61,954 nucleotides of DNA from Catajapyx aquilonaris (taxonomy: Eukaryota). Numbering within the stretch: the stretch's first letter is position 1; every line of letters starts with the position of its first letter. Shown here piece by piece: positions 37,400 to 50,344 of this stretch. The position numbers and the translations under genes are program-made. Below the pieces are notes generated by a model. It searched no databases. It saw only the letters and a list, made by a program, of their open reading frames with translations, and was not told the origin of the DNA. The DNA is taken from positions 62,001-123,954 of the forward strand of contig KZ538111.1 in assembly GCA_000934665.2 (NCBI GenBank), in the 5' to 3' direction.

Positions 37400-37750
37400 C
37401 AAGGGAGGTCCCATGTTCTGAGGCACTGTCTGAATTTCTTGGCTGGTGTTTTCTTTCAAGGTGTTGATGGATTGTGGTTTGTTTCGGTACACCTACCCAT
37501 AAGAAGTAATCAAGCGGCGTAAGATCGGGCGAAAGTAGTGGCCAAAGTCCCTTCGACATGAATCGGTCATGATGGCATGTGACGTGTGGCATGTGTACCG
37601 AAACAAACCACAATCCATCTTGAAAGAAAATATCATTCAAGAAATTCAGGCAGTGCCTCAGGACATGCTGGCCAGGACCTTCCAAAATATGGAGCGTCGT
37701 GTTCAGCTGACCTGGACACAAATGGTGGCCATTTCCAGCACATGTTGTGA
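37400..37750. mobile_element. Degenerate Tc1/mariner transposase 3' remnants, two copies in inverted orientation
   Basis: Minus strand WPLLSPDLTPLDYFLW then VYRNKPQSINTLKENTSQEIQ; plus strand VYRNKPQSILKENIIQEIQAVPQDMLARTFQNMERRVQL. Confidence 0.8.
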
Positions 37751-37828
37751 GGCCATTTCCTTTCTCACATAATAAGGCAAGTTCAATTCAAATTTCATTG
37801 GGATATTTTCATTCATGTTACAGTTCAA

Positions 37829-38248
37829 GAAACCATTTACGGGATTGGTTTCTCGCCGGAGAGAAACCCTTCGACTGGATTAGCTTCTTTCCGGGGAGAA
37901 ATCCATTAGTGAAATGGCTGCTCTCCGGAGGGAAACCATTTACGTGAATGGTTTCTCGCCGGAGAGAAATGCTTCGACTGCATTGGCTTCTCTCCGGGGA
38001 GAAACCCATGTAGTGAAATGGTTGCTCTCCGGAGGGGTCCTATTTCCGTCATTGGCTTCTCTCCGGGGAGAAACCCATGTAGTGAAATGGTTGCTCTCCG
38101 GAGGGGTCCTATTTCCGTCATTGGCTTCTCGCCGGAGAGAAACCCATTTATTGACATGGCTGCTCTCCGGAGGGAAACCATTTATGTAATTGGTTTCTCG
38201 CCGGAGAGAAACCCATCAACTGAATCGGCTTCTCTCCGGAGAGAACCC
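37829..38248. repeat. Tandem array of 12 palindromic 22-bp units (GGTTTCTCTCCGGAGAGAAACC-like) with 12-13 bp linkers
   Basis: Period 34-35 bp; an exact 69-bp dimer is repeated at 38001 and 38070. Confidence 0.9.
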
Positions 38249-39179
38249 CCTAATTTCAGATTACTCGCTTATATGTAGTGGCTCATGGAAAATTAATGGG
38301 TGGCATTTTCGTCATACGATACTAGTTTATTTAAAACTTTCGACTCTGGGGAATCTTTTTTCTTTTGTTGTAATGTTATTCAGGGATGATAGATATTAAG
38401 TTACGTCTTTTTATACCACAAATTTATTGTGTTTGTACCCATAGGGGAAGGGGAGGCAACGTAGCTTACATTGCCCAGGGGCCCCCATCCATCAAAGCCT
38501 CTCCCTGGCCATCAGTAGGCGGAGGGAGGAGAGGAAACGACACTATTTATTTCTTACACTGTACAAAAATAGCAATAAAGATATGTCCACACAAATATAA
38601 CTGTTCTTCTGACTGCTGCTCTTTTCCAGGATCTTCAAAGTAACTTGTGTTCCTCCTTGCATACTTTCCAGGATGATGACAATCTAGAAAGAAAAGGAAA
38701 CTAGAGAAACTTGGACAGAGAATTAAAATGAGCAAGTGGGAAATTTTAAAGCATGGAACTTTTGACCTAGATTTGACCTTGAAAGACATAATTTCAGCCA
38801 GCAGAACTAAAATGACTTGCAGATGATTAAAAAAAAAAAACAATCATCATGAAGGGTCTTCATACTGCAAATTTTAATCAACAACATACTTGGAATTAAA
38901 TGTTATCATTGGCACAAGCACTGTTGGACGCCAGCTGTGGTGTACAGGCCTACACAACAATATCATAAAAAGAGGAATCGTATAAATCTGCAGAGTCAAA
39001 AGCGTTGAGAAGTATTGGCCAATTAGTCACATGGCTAAATGACTATTTCAGTCATCAAGTTTTGAATTGCAGCCTGATATGACACATTTATTAATGAAAA
39101 TTACCATTTTGATATCTCTTAATCTGATCAGTTTCAAACAATAATCTTCCTCCACTTTGCAACAGTTCTCTGCCTTTTT

Positions 39180-39462
39180 CATGTCTCATCACACCGCCAA
39201 TGGATTTCAATTGATTTGACATTTTGGTCATGGTACTTAGCAAAATCCAGTGAATTTCATCTTGGGGTTTATCCACTTTTATGCCGCTCCAAGGAGAATC
39301 ACCCGATTCACCTTAGAGCGGCATAAAACCATAAAAGTGTATAAACCCCAAGATGAAATTCACTCGATTTTGCTCAGTACCAGTACTTGTAGGAGTATCC
39401 ATGACCAAAATTTGTCAAACTGGTCTCGGGAATCGGCCGATTCATCTTGGGGCAGACATGAA
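39180..39462. mobile_element. Foldback element / MITE
   Basis: GCAAAATCCAGTGAATTTCATCTTGGGGTTTAT ... ATAAACCCCAAGATGAAATTCACTCGATTTTGC, centred near 39302. Confidence 0.7.
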
Positions 39463-39699
39463 TAGTGCCGCCATAAAGTACAGAATTATTTTCACACACG
39501 TCAAAATTTTATCGAGGAGAAAATTATTTTGAGTCTCGGGCGGCAAATTTTAGGGCGCGGCAAAATTTGCCGCCCCCTAAAATTTGCCGCCCTAGGCATG
39601 TGCCTACTCGGCCTATTGGGTAATGTGGGTAATACACCCCTGCCTGTACCTCTTCCTCATATGATGGCGGAATATGACACGAATGACACGTACTCTCCA

Positions 39700-40560
39700 T
39701 TTGTCTTAGGGGTGGTCGAATTACGTGAAAAAGACATAAAAACCGAAATAATCCATCAGTTGACATATTTTCAAATATTTCAATAAGCACACCCCTGATC
39801 TTAATTGACACCTCCTCCTCAGGGATGGAATATATTTCGTGTGCTGTGGACGAAAACCTTTCTTTGAGTCCAGGGATAATTTCCCCAAAGTGGCTTGCTT
39901 CTAACATCATTATTTTCCAGTTATTTCCCTGCTTATCGCTGAGTATTATGGTCGTCCACGTCACTCACTCGATTTGTAAACACTGCAACAATGGAAAGAA
40001 CACTATAAGCACTCTCTACAGTCTACATGCTGATGTTTGAATTGACCCACCGGTCGGGGTTGCCAGGTCGCGCGCGCCGTCGCCGACGGAAAAAACATTT
40101 AGAGACGGCTAATGTGTCTAGCACTGTACAGTACTGTACAAGTGTAAATGCTTACCATGTTCATGTCTGGTCTACCAGGTTAGTAGATGGCAGGTTTGAG
40201 GCATCTGATGTTGATAGCACCTCGCATCGCTTGATTGCATAAGTTGATTTGGATGAGGTCATAGTGGTTGTTGGGTTGGCATAATCAGACAGGTGTCACG
40301 TGCAGGTGTGATGTCCAGAGTCCAACCAGACACATCGTCTGCAAAGTGTAATGAGCATATAGGTCACATGAGCGTAATACTTCAGCCGTCATTGAGGGTA
40401 CTTATCGACTCTTTGTGGCACTTGTATGGTTTACCAAGCAGTGACTCTTGCCTATCTTTAGCGATGCCCAATGCAACTTAATGATTAGGAATACTTACTG
40501 GTTGTTTCGAATTCCATCGCTACAATCCAATCCCGCTCAAACCGACGCCATCATTTTCCT
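39700..40560 (-). ncRNA. Candidate spliced non-coding or micropeptide transcript divergent from HSPA14
   Basis: Minus-strand exon 1 ends at 40499 (CCA|GTAAGT), exon 2 spans 40338-40156 (ctttgcag| ... ATG|GTAAGC), exon 3 starts at 39982 (ttctttccattgttgcag|). Only short spliced ORFs. Both ends are approximate. Confidence 0.4.
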
Positions 40561-40686
40561 GCCCAATCGTCACCAATCAGCAGCTACGCTATGGATGGGT
40601 CCGACAGGGTAGCCACCTGCATTGCGCCGTTGCTAACAGGATGATGCAAGCCGGCTACGCAATTCATTGCATGCAATCCAGCAAAG

Positions 40687-42622
40687 ATGGCCTGCTTTGG
40701 AGTTCACGTGGGATCCAGCTCCGTGTGCCTGGCCGTCTGCAAGGTGAGGAGAGCTCTCCGCCGGTGGCCGGCCGGCCCCCCCGAGTAACATTACTTGCTT
40801 GTTTTGCAGGAGGGCAAGACGGGCGTGGTGACCAATGACGCCGGAGAGAGAGTCACCCCGGCCATCGTCGCCTTCACGGAGGACGAAAAGGTAGGTGGTT
40901 GCATACACTGTTCCAAAGGCATCCTCGCATCATCAAGACCATGCCTTGCAGCTCGTTGGAGTGGCCGCCAACCAGCAGTTGGTCCGCAGCGGAGCCAATG
41001 TGGTAGTGCGCAATAAGCACTTCATGGGGAAGGGGAAGGCGGATGTGCAGCCAGAAGACCTGGGGAAAGGGCACCCATGCAAGCTGGTCCCATTGGACGA
41101 CAGCGTTGAGTATGAGGTCGCCTTCCAGGGGAAGCAGGCCCGATTCAACACCCAGGACATTGCCACGCTCCTGTATCGGAAGATGCACGGTACGTACTTG
41201 CCCTAGGCACACGTCTTTGCTTGTTTGCAGCTGACATTGTCTTGCCTTACAGAAACAGCGTGCAGTTACAGTCACAGCCAATCTGGAGAGACCTTGCAGG
41301 CAGTAATCACGGTGCCTCCGTCATTCATGGAGAAAGAGCGTCGACAGGTAAAGGCTGCTGCGGAATTGGCCGGATTCCAGGTGTTGCAGGTCGTTTCTGA
41401 ACCTGTGGCTGCTGTCCTGGCTTATGGAGTGGGACAAGGTGACGTGGAACAAGACTGGTAAGGACTGGTGTACTGTCTGCTTAGAATGCCCAAGTATTCC
41501 TGGGAAACATAACCTGTCTGGGTTGTGATGAGCATATTTGCAACTTGGGAAGGGATTGATATGGTTGGGGCTCTTATGCATGATGCCACAGCATTACTTT
41601 GAAATAGAAATTCCCTGTTTTTAGTACCTGCCTGGTGTATCGTGCTGGAGGCACATCTGTGGACGCCACCCTGGTCCATGTCCGTGGTGGAATGTACTTT
41701 GTTGAAGGGTATGAGAGGGACGAGGGATCTGGGGGGCAGCTGGCAACCACAGATCTGGCCTCTTATCTGTCAGAGGAGTTCTACCGCCGCACACGCTTGA
41801 GGCCGGAAGAAGAAAGCATGCGTTCAGTGCGCCGACTGCGGGCTGCTGCAGAAGAAGGCAAGCGAGTGCTCTCCACTGGAAGCTCTGCACAGTGCCTGGT
41901 GGAGAGCCTCTGCCAGGGGGCTGACCTGGCCGCCACTGCTTCTCGGGCCAGGTTTGACAACCTTGTGGCCACACTGCTGCCCCGTTTCTTGGCTCCTGTT
42001 ACCAGACTGTTGGAGAAGACAGGTGCAAGTGTGGACAAGGTGATCCTGGCAGGGGGTGCAACCAAGACTCCTCGCTTGCAGCAGGCCTTGGTGGAGAAGT
42101 TTCCAAGTGCTGTTGTGATGTCATCCATTCCACCTGACGAAGTTATTGCAACAGGGGCAGCCTACCAGGCAGGATTGGTCACAGATCCATGGGATCATGG
42201 GGATGAGTTCAAACTTACTGCTGATATTCAGGCAAGTGCACACGTTCCTGTGCAATGTATATTTTTAAATAAAAGCTCACTTACAATAAATGTCTCCATT
42301 GCAGGTGGTACCAATGGAGCTTGCATTTGCCACCGATGACAGCTGTGATCTACAGTGCATCGTGCCTACTGGCTCACCTATCCCAGCTAAAAGGACTATG
42401 AAGGTACCTGTCGGGGACACTGGAGACGTGGTGGTACATGTTTATGAGGTGGGCAGTAATGAACGCAAGCTGTTGGCGGACCTGGAAATGAAAGAGCTTG
42501 GAGAAAAACCGCAGGTCAACCTTACCTGTCACGTTAGGCTGGACGGCACAGTTCATCTGGCACTTACCAATCAAGCCAGTGGGCGAGTAATTAGCGTGGA
42601 TGTAGATGGCGAGGAGGAGTAA
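40687..42622 (+). CDS. HSPA14: Heat shock 70 kDa protein 14 (Hsp70L1, ribosome-associated complex subunit), about 501 aa
   Basis: Exons 40687-40743, 40810-40890, 40952-41189, 41253-41457, 41625-42231, 42305-42622 (1506 nt). [78 protein letters not shown]; short substrate-binding domain without a lid. Confidence 0.93.
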
Positions 42623-42680
42623 TCTTTTTGTACTGGAGGAATTAATTTTGCACATTAAAGAGAGCTTTGTAAACCTACTT

Positions 42681-45600
42681 TTAATTACCCATTATTTTCC
42701 CCCACAATTCATCATCACTGTCTGGTTCCTCTTCAACCTCTTGGACGGGTTGTTCTTGGACCGTTTCCTCTGGAGGGACTACTTTCTTGCCAAAGATTCG
42801 TTCATACTCTTCAATGGTGCCAATCATTGATGGGATTTGTTCCTCCTCCTCTGGTGCAGCTTCCTTTGGGCTGTCCTCAGACTTGCTGGTGTTCTGGAGT
42901 GACTTAAGTTTATTGCGAACTTTCCCATACATCTTGCTGGCTGACACCACTTTTTGAACTTTTTGGCTTTTGTACCAACGCTGGTACCATGTGGTGGTAC
43001 TACCCTTTGCAGACATCTCATCACTTTCTGCATCCTTTTTAGTCACTTCCGATTCTTCCATAGCACATTCTCCTTCAATCACATTACTTGCTTCTTCTTT
43101 GTTGCCTCCTACTTCTTCACTGTCCTTTTCAGTCACTTCTGATTCTTCAATGGTATCCTGTCCTTCAATCACGTGAGTCTCTTCTTTGGGGCCTTCTAGT
43201 TCTTCACTGCTGTCTTCAGCAGTCTGGCCAACAGCCTCTTCCTCCCTCTTGTCCTGCATGTCACCATTCACACTACCATCTACAGTTTCACATGTTTCCC
43301 TAATTTTATTACCTTCACTTTCCTTGCACTCAGAATTTCCACTCGGCATGTCATGGTGCACATCCGCTGGCTGCACTACACTACTACTTGGATTCAACTG
43401 AGGAGAAGGTGAGTTACTAGACACGGGAAGTTGAACCTCTGCTTCGGATTTGTCCTTGTCGAATTGTGACACTTCAGTTTGTTTGGAAGTTTGTGGATCC
43501 TGCTCAGTTGGCACACATCTGTTTTTCTCCCCTTCCTTTCGCTGCTCATTTTCTTGTATATTGCTATCAGCTGCTTCACTGACTTGTATATGGCCGCTTT
43601 CTGCTTCAGCACTGATTGGTACTTCGGTAGAATCTGGCTTTCTGTTCCTTTTTGTCTCGTTTGGAGAGTCTTTGTCACTGAAAGCCGTGTCTCTTTCCGT
43701 TAATAATTGCTTGCGGAGAGAAAAAGGCTTAATTACAAGTGGCTTCCAAGCAGTGGCAGAGCTGGGAGAACCTGGAGACCTTGAGCCTGACCTGGACCCT
43801 TCTTCCATGTCTGCATCTATCTCACCTTCCTCCATATCCTCAGTCCTTGCTTGAACCTGGGAAGTCTCCTCGTCACTGTCATTCTTGGACCTCTTTCGGT
43901 ACTGCCTTGGGACCTTTTCTTTCTCTCTTGTCTTTCTGTCATGCTTCCTTCGTTCTCTGGACTCCGGCACTATTTTTTCTCGTTGGCTTCGCCACACTGC
44001 CTCTGCTTCATTGCTGCTTCTCTTACTTCGGTAAACTACTTCTGCTTCAGGTCGCCTCTTGCTTTTGGAGACGTGTGTTTCCGCCGTTTTCCATTTGCTT
44101 TGACCAATAGCGTCTGCTTCACATTTGCTTTTCTTCCTTCTGTGGCCCATTTTTTCTTTGTGTCTCCTTTTGCTTTCAGACACTTTGGCTTCGGTACATT
44201 TCCACTTGCTTCGACGGACTGCTTCTGCTTCACTGCTGGGTCGCTTCCTTGAAATATGAGCTTCTATCTGGTTGCTACCCTTCTTGCTCTGACTGGCTGT
44301 TTCTGCTTCAGAAATGCACTTCTTGTTTCGTACTTCAGTGCTGCTTGGCTGAAATTCCTCCTTTTCACCTGCTGCTTCTTCCCCTTCTTCAGATGACACA
44401 TTTTCCAGTTCGCACGAATTGTATTCAACTTTTTCGGATGTCTCATGCCTTTGCAGTAGAGCTTTGATGGCCCTGGCTCGCATTTCCAGCTCCAAGAGTT
44501 CCATAAGAGTTTTGCCCTGCACTTCCTTCTTTGCCTCTTCCTTCTTCTTCTTCTTCTTTGGCTTTTTCTTCTTCTTGTCTGACTCTGGTGTCTTTTTGGC
44601 TTTCTCTTTCTTTCGAGACCCTTCTTTCTGCCGAGACGTGCTGGGTTGTGGTTCCTCTTCCCGTTTCTCTTCCTCCTTTGGCTCAGGAGATTTGTTCTTC
44701 TCTCCCTTCTTCTTTGGCTCAGGAGATTTGTTCTTCTTCTCTTCTTTCTTCTTTGGATCAGGAGATTTGTTCTTCGCTTCCTTCTCCTTTGGACCAGGAG
44801 ATTTGGTCCTCTCTTCCTTCTTCTCTAGCTTAGGAGACTTGTCCTTCTTCGCTCCTTCCTCAACCACATCCTTCACTGAGCTTTCAACAGGTTCCTGTGT
44901 CACTTTTTGCTTCACCCGACTACTCGATGAATCTAAAATGAAATTTTAGAAATACATATTTAAAATAATTTAAACCAACAAAATAAAAATAATTCAACTG
45001 TGTGAATCTACAATATGTAAGGTGTTCAGCTATACATGAAGGTCCATTTCTCTGTCCACTTGAAACAATTTATATTTGCATTTTTGGAATTGGTATGTAA
45101 CAGCATGTGTTTTGAGTCACATATTGCTAACTAAGCTCATTAAATTTTAGTGAAGAATATATCTCGAAAAATTGAGCATCACCTTTCAATGCCATAAAAA
45201 GTCGCAAAGCATTGTTGCCGCTGCAGCAACAATCCCAATGGAGTAGACACTCCTCAAAAAAGTGTCACCGTCTCTTGAATTGTGGCTCTCCACGGCTCTT
45301 CCCAGCATCGGTGAGCCAGTAAGACCATGGGTGAGCCAGTGTATACTCACTGATGAGCATGTTGGTGAGCCGGGAGAGCCAGGGTGGGCCGCAGAAGGCA
45401 AACTATGTCATATGATGAGGAATGATGAGGAACAAAGGCATGTTTTGACCCGGCTCTCCACGGCCCACCCCGGCCCTCCTCGGCTCACCAGTGAGGGTGT
45501 ACACTGCCTCTCCGAAGTGACTACCCCCTTGAACAAACCCACTCGGCTGAGGATTGCGTAAGTCTTGCCTCAAACTGGTTTAAAGTTTGCTTTATTACAA

Positions 45601-48600
45601 TAAAGTGCAATATAGAAAGTGTCATGACATTAAATTAATTAAAACTCTATTGCTACTCAAAGTGAGACTTTGCACTATAGTACATCCATTAACCCTTTGA
45701 GGGCTGATACTTGCCTCATATCAGCTCCTGCGGGTTTTTGAACTGGGCGCGCTAGAGTTTAGACTGACATGTCACAGTTTGAGGCTCAAACTGCTCCTAC
45801 CACCTCGTGGAAGGGGGCTCAACTACCACGATGTGTGCTAATCAGTTTTTCCTCCTCCCAGCGTGAGCTAAAAAATACCCCCTCCCGCGGCGTCAGAACA
45901 GAGTCTCCCATGAGTCTGGACTCTTTGGAATATATTTCTCATAGTACAGTGTTTTAGTATTACAGTCAAACTTCTATAAGTCAAACTTCCCTAAGTCGAA
46001 GTTCTCTATAAGTCGAAAAAAATTATGAGCTTGGTTGGTCACAATGTAAAATAATCGGAAATAAACTTCCCTAATTCGAATTTCTACAACTCGAAGTACT
46101 CCATAACTCGAAGTGCAGGCAGGGCCTTACGATGGGATATCAATGCATTTTCAGTCTCCCTAAGTCCAAGTTCATGTTGGCGAGTACGGAAACTTTTCTC
46201 ATTTCCCAGCGGAAGGGTCGAGAGCAAGTCGAACGTACAGAAAGGCTCAACTTCCTGATCTCCGTCTATGAGACTTACGGAATGAAGTGTTTGACTCGAT
46301 TGTGACAACTGAATCCTTGAATCTAAGAGTAGGCATATGTCCATGACGGAGATTTTTCACACCAAACCAACGAGGAACATTGTAAGTGTGGTAGTGACAG
46401 TTATTTTAAAGTTTTGAACACCTTTCGTCGCTGGATATAAAGGTAGGCTTCCTTTTATCGAATTCTGTGCTTATGAAAAGCCAAACTTCTCTAACTCGAA
46501 TCTTCTATAACTCATAGTTTTTTTTCTGGTCCCATAGAAGTTTTACTGCATTTTGTAACTATATAACAATTTTATAGTGACTTTAAAATTTTAAATTAAT
46601 TTAATTGCATTTAAAGTTAATTGCACTTTAAATTTTGTCTGAAACACCCTGTAGATGATTTTTTTTTTGCATTTAACACTCAAAAGGACCACCACGAGTT
46701 ATAGTGATAAATATTGGAGCATATTGTTTTTCATTAATATCACGCCTATGAATTTTCATCATATATACATATCAAGAAAAGAAAAAAAAATGGCCGAAAA
46801 ACCCTGTTGTCAAAGGGTTAAACTAAGGCATGTCAAGTCTGTTTTGTTGAAACATTCGTTATGCATGTGCTCTAATCATGACCAAATCATTCTGCAGATT
46901 TGATAGAGCAATAAGCCTACATGCTGTTTTTGTTTTTCGATTCTACACAATAAGTTTTATTATTCAATACTCCTCACTTGGCCTTGCTCAGTTTATTACT
47001 TTATTTGCATGCAGCTGTAACTGCTCCCACATGCCACCAATCCATGAAATCAAATTGAACACTGGCATGCAGGTTCAGCTTTTACTTCACTCAGTTCTGC
47101 ACCACATGTGTACAAGTAGGGAGCTGGAAAACAATAGACATTCGAAAGCCCCCATGAATCACATGCCAGGCGCAGCACATCCTTTCTGCCTCATGCGTGT
47201 CCTAATTGCACACGGTAGTTCAAACTAAATCAAGCATTGTCAGTTGTCCGCAGGTCCTCTTGGTTTTGCAATAACTTTTAGTTCCTGTTTCAATGCTTAG
47301 TCATAACATATTACAAATAGGCCTGCACCATTGGCAGCACATCTGGCAATAATCTGATAATAAGTGGATGCAAATCTTGGTGAAACTGATACGACTACAA
47401 CAATGTTTAAGATTTTCACACCCTAACTCTCCAAAAAGTTGCTATATTTTAGCCATTACGCTGAATAATTTTAATTTTAATTGAAGTTTGTAATATTATC
47501 TATCAGATAAACATTAGGAATTTAAAATTAAAATTAGGATTATACATTAGGAATCCAGTAATTGTAGTTATCCAGTGTCCATATGCAACTTCCTAAATAT
47601 CTTCAGATAACCTCCACACGAAGGCCACAAAAACAACCTGCCTCATTTGCTTCGACATGTGACAACACTGCAGTCAAAATTGTGTATGCCATAACATGAT
47701 GGTAATGTGGCTTGGTAATGCCACGAGATCCTTTCAATGCATCACTATGTGGATACAAATACTCATTCTGACATATCAATACCTATCATGAAATAATTGG
47801 GATGTTTGGACAGGATCTGGCCGACCCCAAACCACATTATTCAACATGACAGAACAAAAGATATTCTATTAGGATTCAGCATGCAGGTCTCTCTCAGTAT
47901 TTTAAGGCAATGTAAGATTCAAATGGACTCAATCGAATCACGCAGATTGCAGAATTTGTTGGTACCGAATGTACTTAAACACCAATTCAAAAAATCCAAA
48001 GTAAGGTAATGACCAAAGTTATGACTAACATTTTTGAAACGTCACTCTTGAGTTATGTAATGATATCCACATAACAGTTTATCACAATGTGCTACTGTAG
48101 GCAATAAGATCAACCCAACGGTCTCGGAAAATGATGCAGTTTGCCACCCTGTGAGACTGCCCATACCTTGTAAAATGTCACCCATCTCATTTTGGTCAAT
48201 TCCAATCTCCAGTAGGTCCAAGTCACCATCAGATTCCCAGGCTTGCCCAGACTCTGGGGCTTCTCCATCATCCCAACTGTTATCTACTTTCAGTGTTGCT
48301 GGTGGTTGTGACCTGAAATGTATGACACTCATTAGCGGAGCTGTTAGCAGCATATTCATCGCACAACAAATTTCTTGTATCTGTTACCATCTACGCTTGT
48401 GAGTTTGCGCCTGGTGAGTTGCATGTGTCAACTGATACAACAAGAGGTAGAACTAGGGTAGTTCAGGTGGTTCAGCCAAACTAGGGGGCCATTTGATGAA
48501 TGACATGGTTAAGAAAAAATTAGACACACCATATCCCAAGAATTTGCTCCTACAGCAAGTGCATATGACTACGCCATTTTCGATTATTTCAGTTGTTTCT

Positions 48601-50344
48601 GAGGGAAAAAGCAGCTTTCATCTCCCTTCACTCACATATTTGCAGGATATCATGTTACAATTTGAATTATAGCACTTAAACATAATTTGTGCAACTGTGG
48701 GTGCATGGGGAACGCACACCAAGCCCTTCACGGCTAATTCTGCCACAGGATACAACATTACGCAGGAACTCACAGCCAATAAACAGCATTGGACACATAA
48801 ATTGTCCTATGCAGCCATAAAGATTTTAATCAATAACACTGACATGCCAGAGTAATTTAATCATCATATGCCCAACATGCAATAATAAAATACCACGTTT
48901 ACCCACACTATTGAGCAACAACTGAAAGCCTCACAGCATGCCATTGCTATTGTATGTTAGATGCTGTCACACAAAGCAGAAATTGGCAGAAAGATCTGAG
49001 TCAGTGATTTAAATACTCTTGCTAAGTGGCTGAAAAACCTAAAATTTTCTGTTGCTTTGAGTACACACTAACTTTCTATAATTTCCAGTGAAATGCATGA
49101 AGGGTACGGCGATATCTATAGAATCAGTTGAACATTTTAAACAGATCCTAACAAATCGATGTTTAACTCCAATACTTAGCTTTTAGGCACAGTACATGTT
49201 TTTTCCCCCTCATTCATTTTGTCAGTCGAAGAATTCTTTGCTTTTGAGACACCCTTTTATGATTCATTCAGCTGGCTCTCATCAACTCATTACACTTACT
49301 TTTGAACAACCTTCTTCTTCTGCAGTTGCTTCTTTGACACAGTTTCAGGTTCTGCAGATGTTGAGTCGGCTGGCTGACTTGATGGATTTTCTGCAATAAA
49401 ACAGCAACAATGTTCTCTCTTATTTTTCTCGACTTCATTCCATTCTCATGCCTCACACTCATTTGTGATGTTAATATCCAGTAATTGCCCTTCCCCACCC
49501 CTGTGGTTAGCACAGACAGAGGAATTGTTTTCCGGTGACACCCTGCAGCCTTCTGGGGAGAAAAGGGTAACTAATGCTTCCCCCCCTGTCCCTGACCATT
49601 TGTCACATTTTGCACATAGATCAATGGACTTGGGGACAGAATGAGACCTTTCCTCCACGTCCCAATCCCCCCTTCCTCCTCCCCAATCCCCCACTGGTTC
49701 CATATTGACAAATCCAGTGACATGGCACAGAAAAGGGTGCTACTACATATATTTCAAAACCCCTTGCAATGATCCCCCTCTCCCCTTCATCTCATGCATT
49801 TTAATTTCAGCCAAAGTCTCTCATATTGACTGAGCTGCACACCCTTCAATATAATGAAGCCATGTAAAGAATATCTCCTAGCCTTAGTTGCCACTGTTCC
49901 TCTAATGCAGTATATTGAAGCAAACCCGCCGCCATACCAGATATAAGGTACTAATGCTGGATTATTTACCTTCCACTTTCTTTCTGTAAGTTCCATTCAG
50001 GACTGCCTTCAGATCCTTCTTGCTCATGGCTTCCAGATGCTGGAGGCACTTGGTCTTAATTATGGCCGGAGGCATGTCTTGCAACTCGGCTGGCAGCATG
50101 GACTTCAGCTTACGTCGACCAAGGACGGCCAGGGCAACGCACAGCATCTTGCGACGGCTGTTGACATAATGCGACAACGGATGGACTTCTTTGCCTACAT
50201 CCTCCTCACTACTGTTCCAGCCATCATTCTTGGGCCCCTCCTGGTACAACAACCACACTTGTAGCATTCTTTTAAAAGCTTTGAAGATTATTCCCTTACC
50301 TCACTCTTTTTGTGTTTGTGCTTTCTCTTCTTCTCCTTTCCCAT
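42681..50344 (-). CDS. CAAP1: Caspase activity and apoptosis inhibitor 1-like protein, about 934 aa
   Basis: Exons 50344-50300, 50240-49970, 49390-49300, 48312-48167, 44932-42681 (2805 nt, phases 0, 1, 2, 1). HPLSHYVNSRRKML...KLKSMLPAELQ...KCLQHLEAMSKKDLKAVLNG and LLELEMRARAIKALL match the two conserved CAAP1 blocks as recalled. Confidence 0.85.
45338..45506. repeat. Degenerate inverted repeat (MITE-like)
   Basis: CAGTGTATACTCACTG..GGTGAGCCGGGAGAGCCAGGGTGGGCCG versus CGGCCCACCCCGGCCCTCCTCGGCTCACCAGTGAGGGTGTACACTG. Confidence 0.55.
45963..46548. mobile_element. pogo/Tigger-like non-autonomous element
   Basis: TA|CAGTCAAACTTCTAT ... ATAGAAGTTTTACTG, with subterminal (C/A)TAA(C/G)TCGAA repeats. 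Confidence 0.7.

Noticed and set aside
37829..38248. CRISPR array
   Set aside because: Eukaryotic context, no cas genes, degenerate repeats, and linkers that are only 12-13 bp and recur within the array.
45693..46817. piggyBac-like element bounded by TTAA|CCCTTTGA ... TCAAAGGG|TTAA
   Set aside because: Only 8 bp of terminal match; the ends may belong to different elements.
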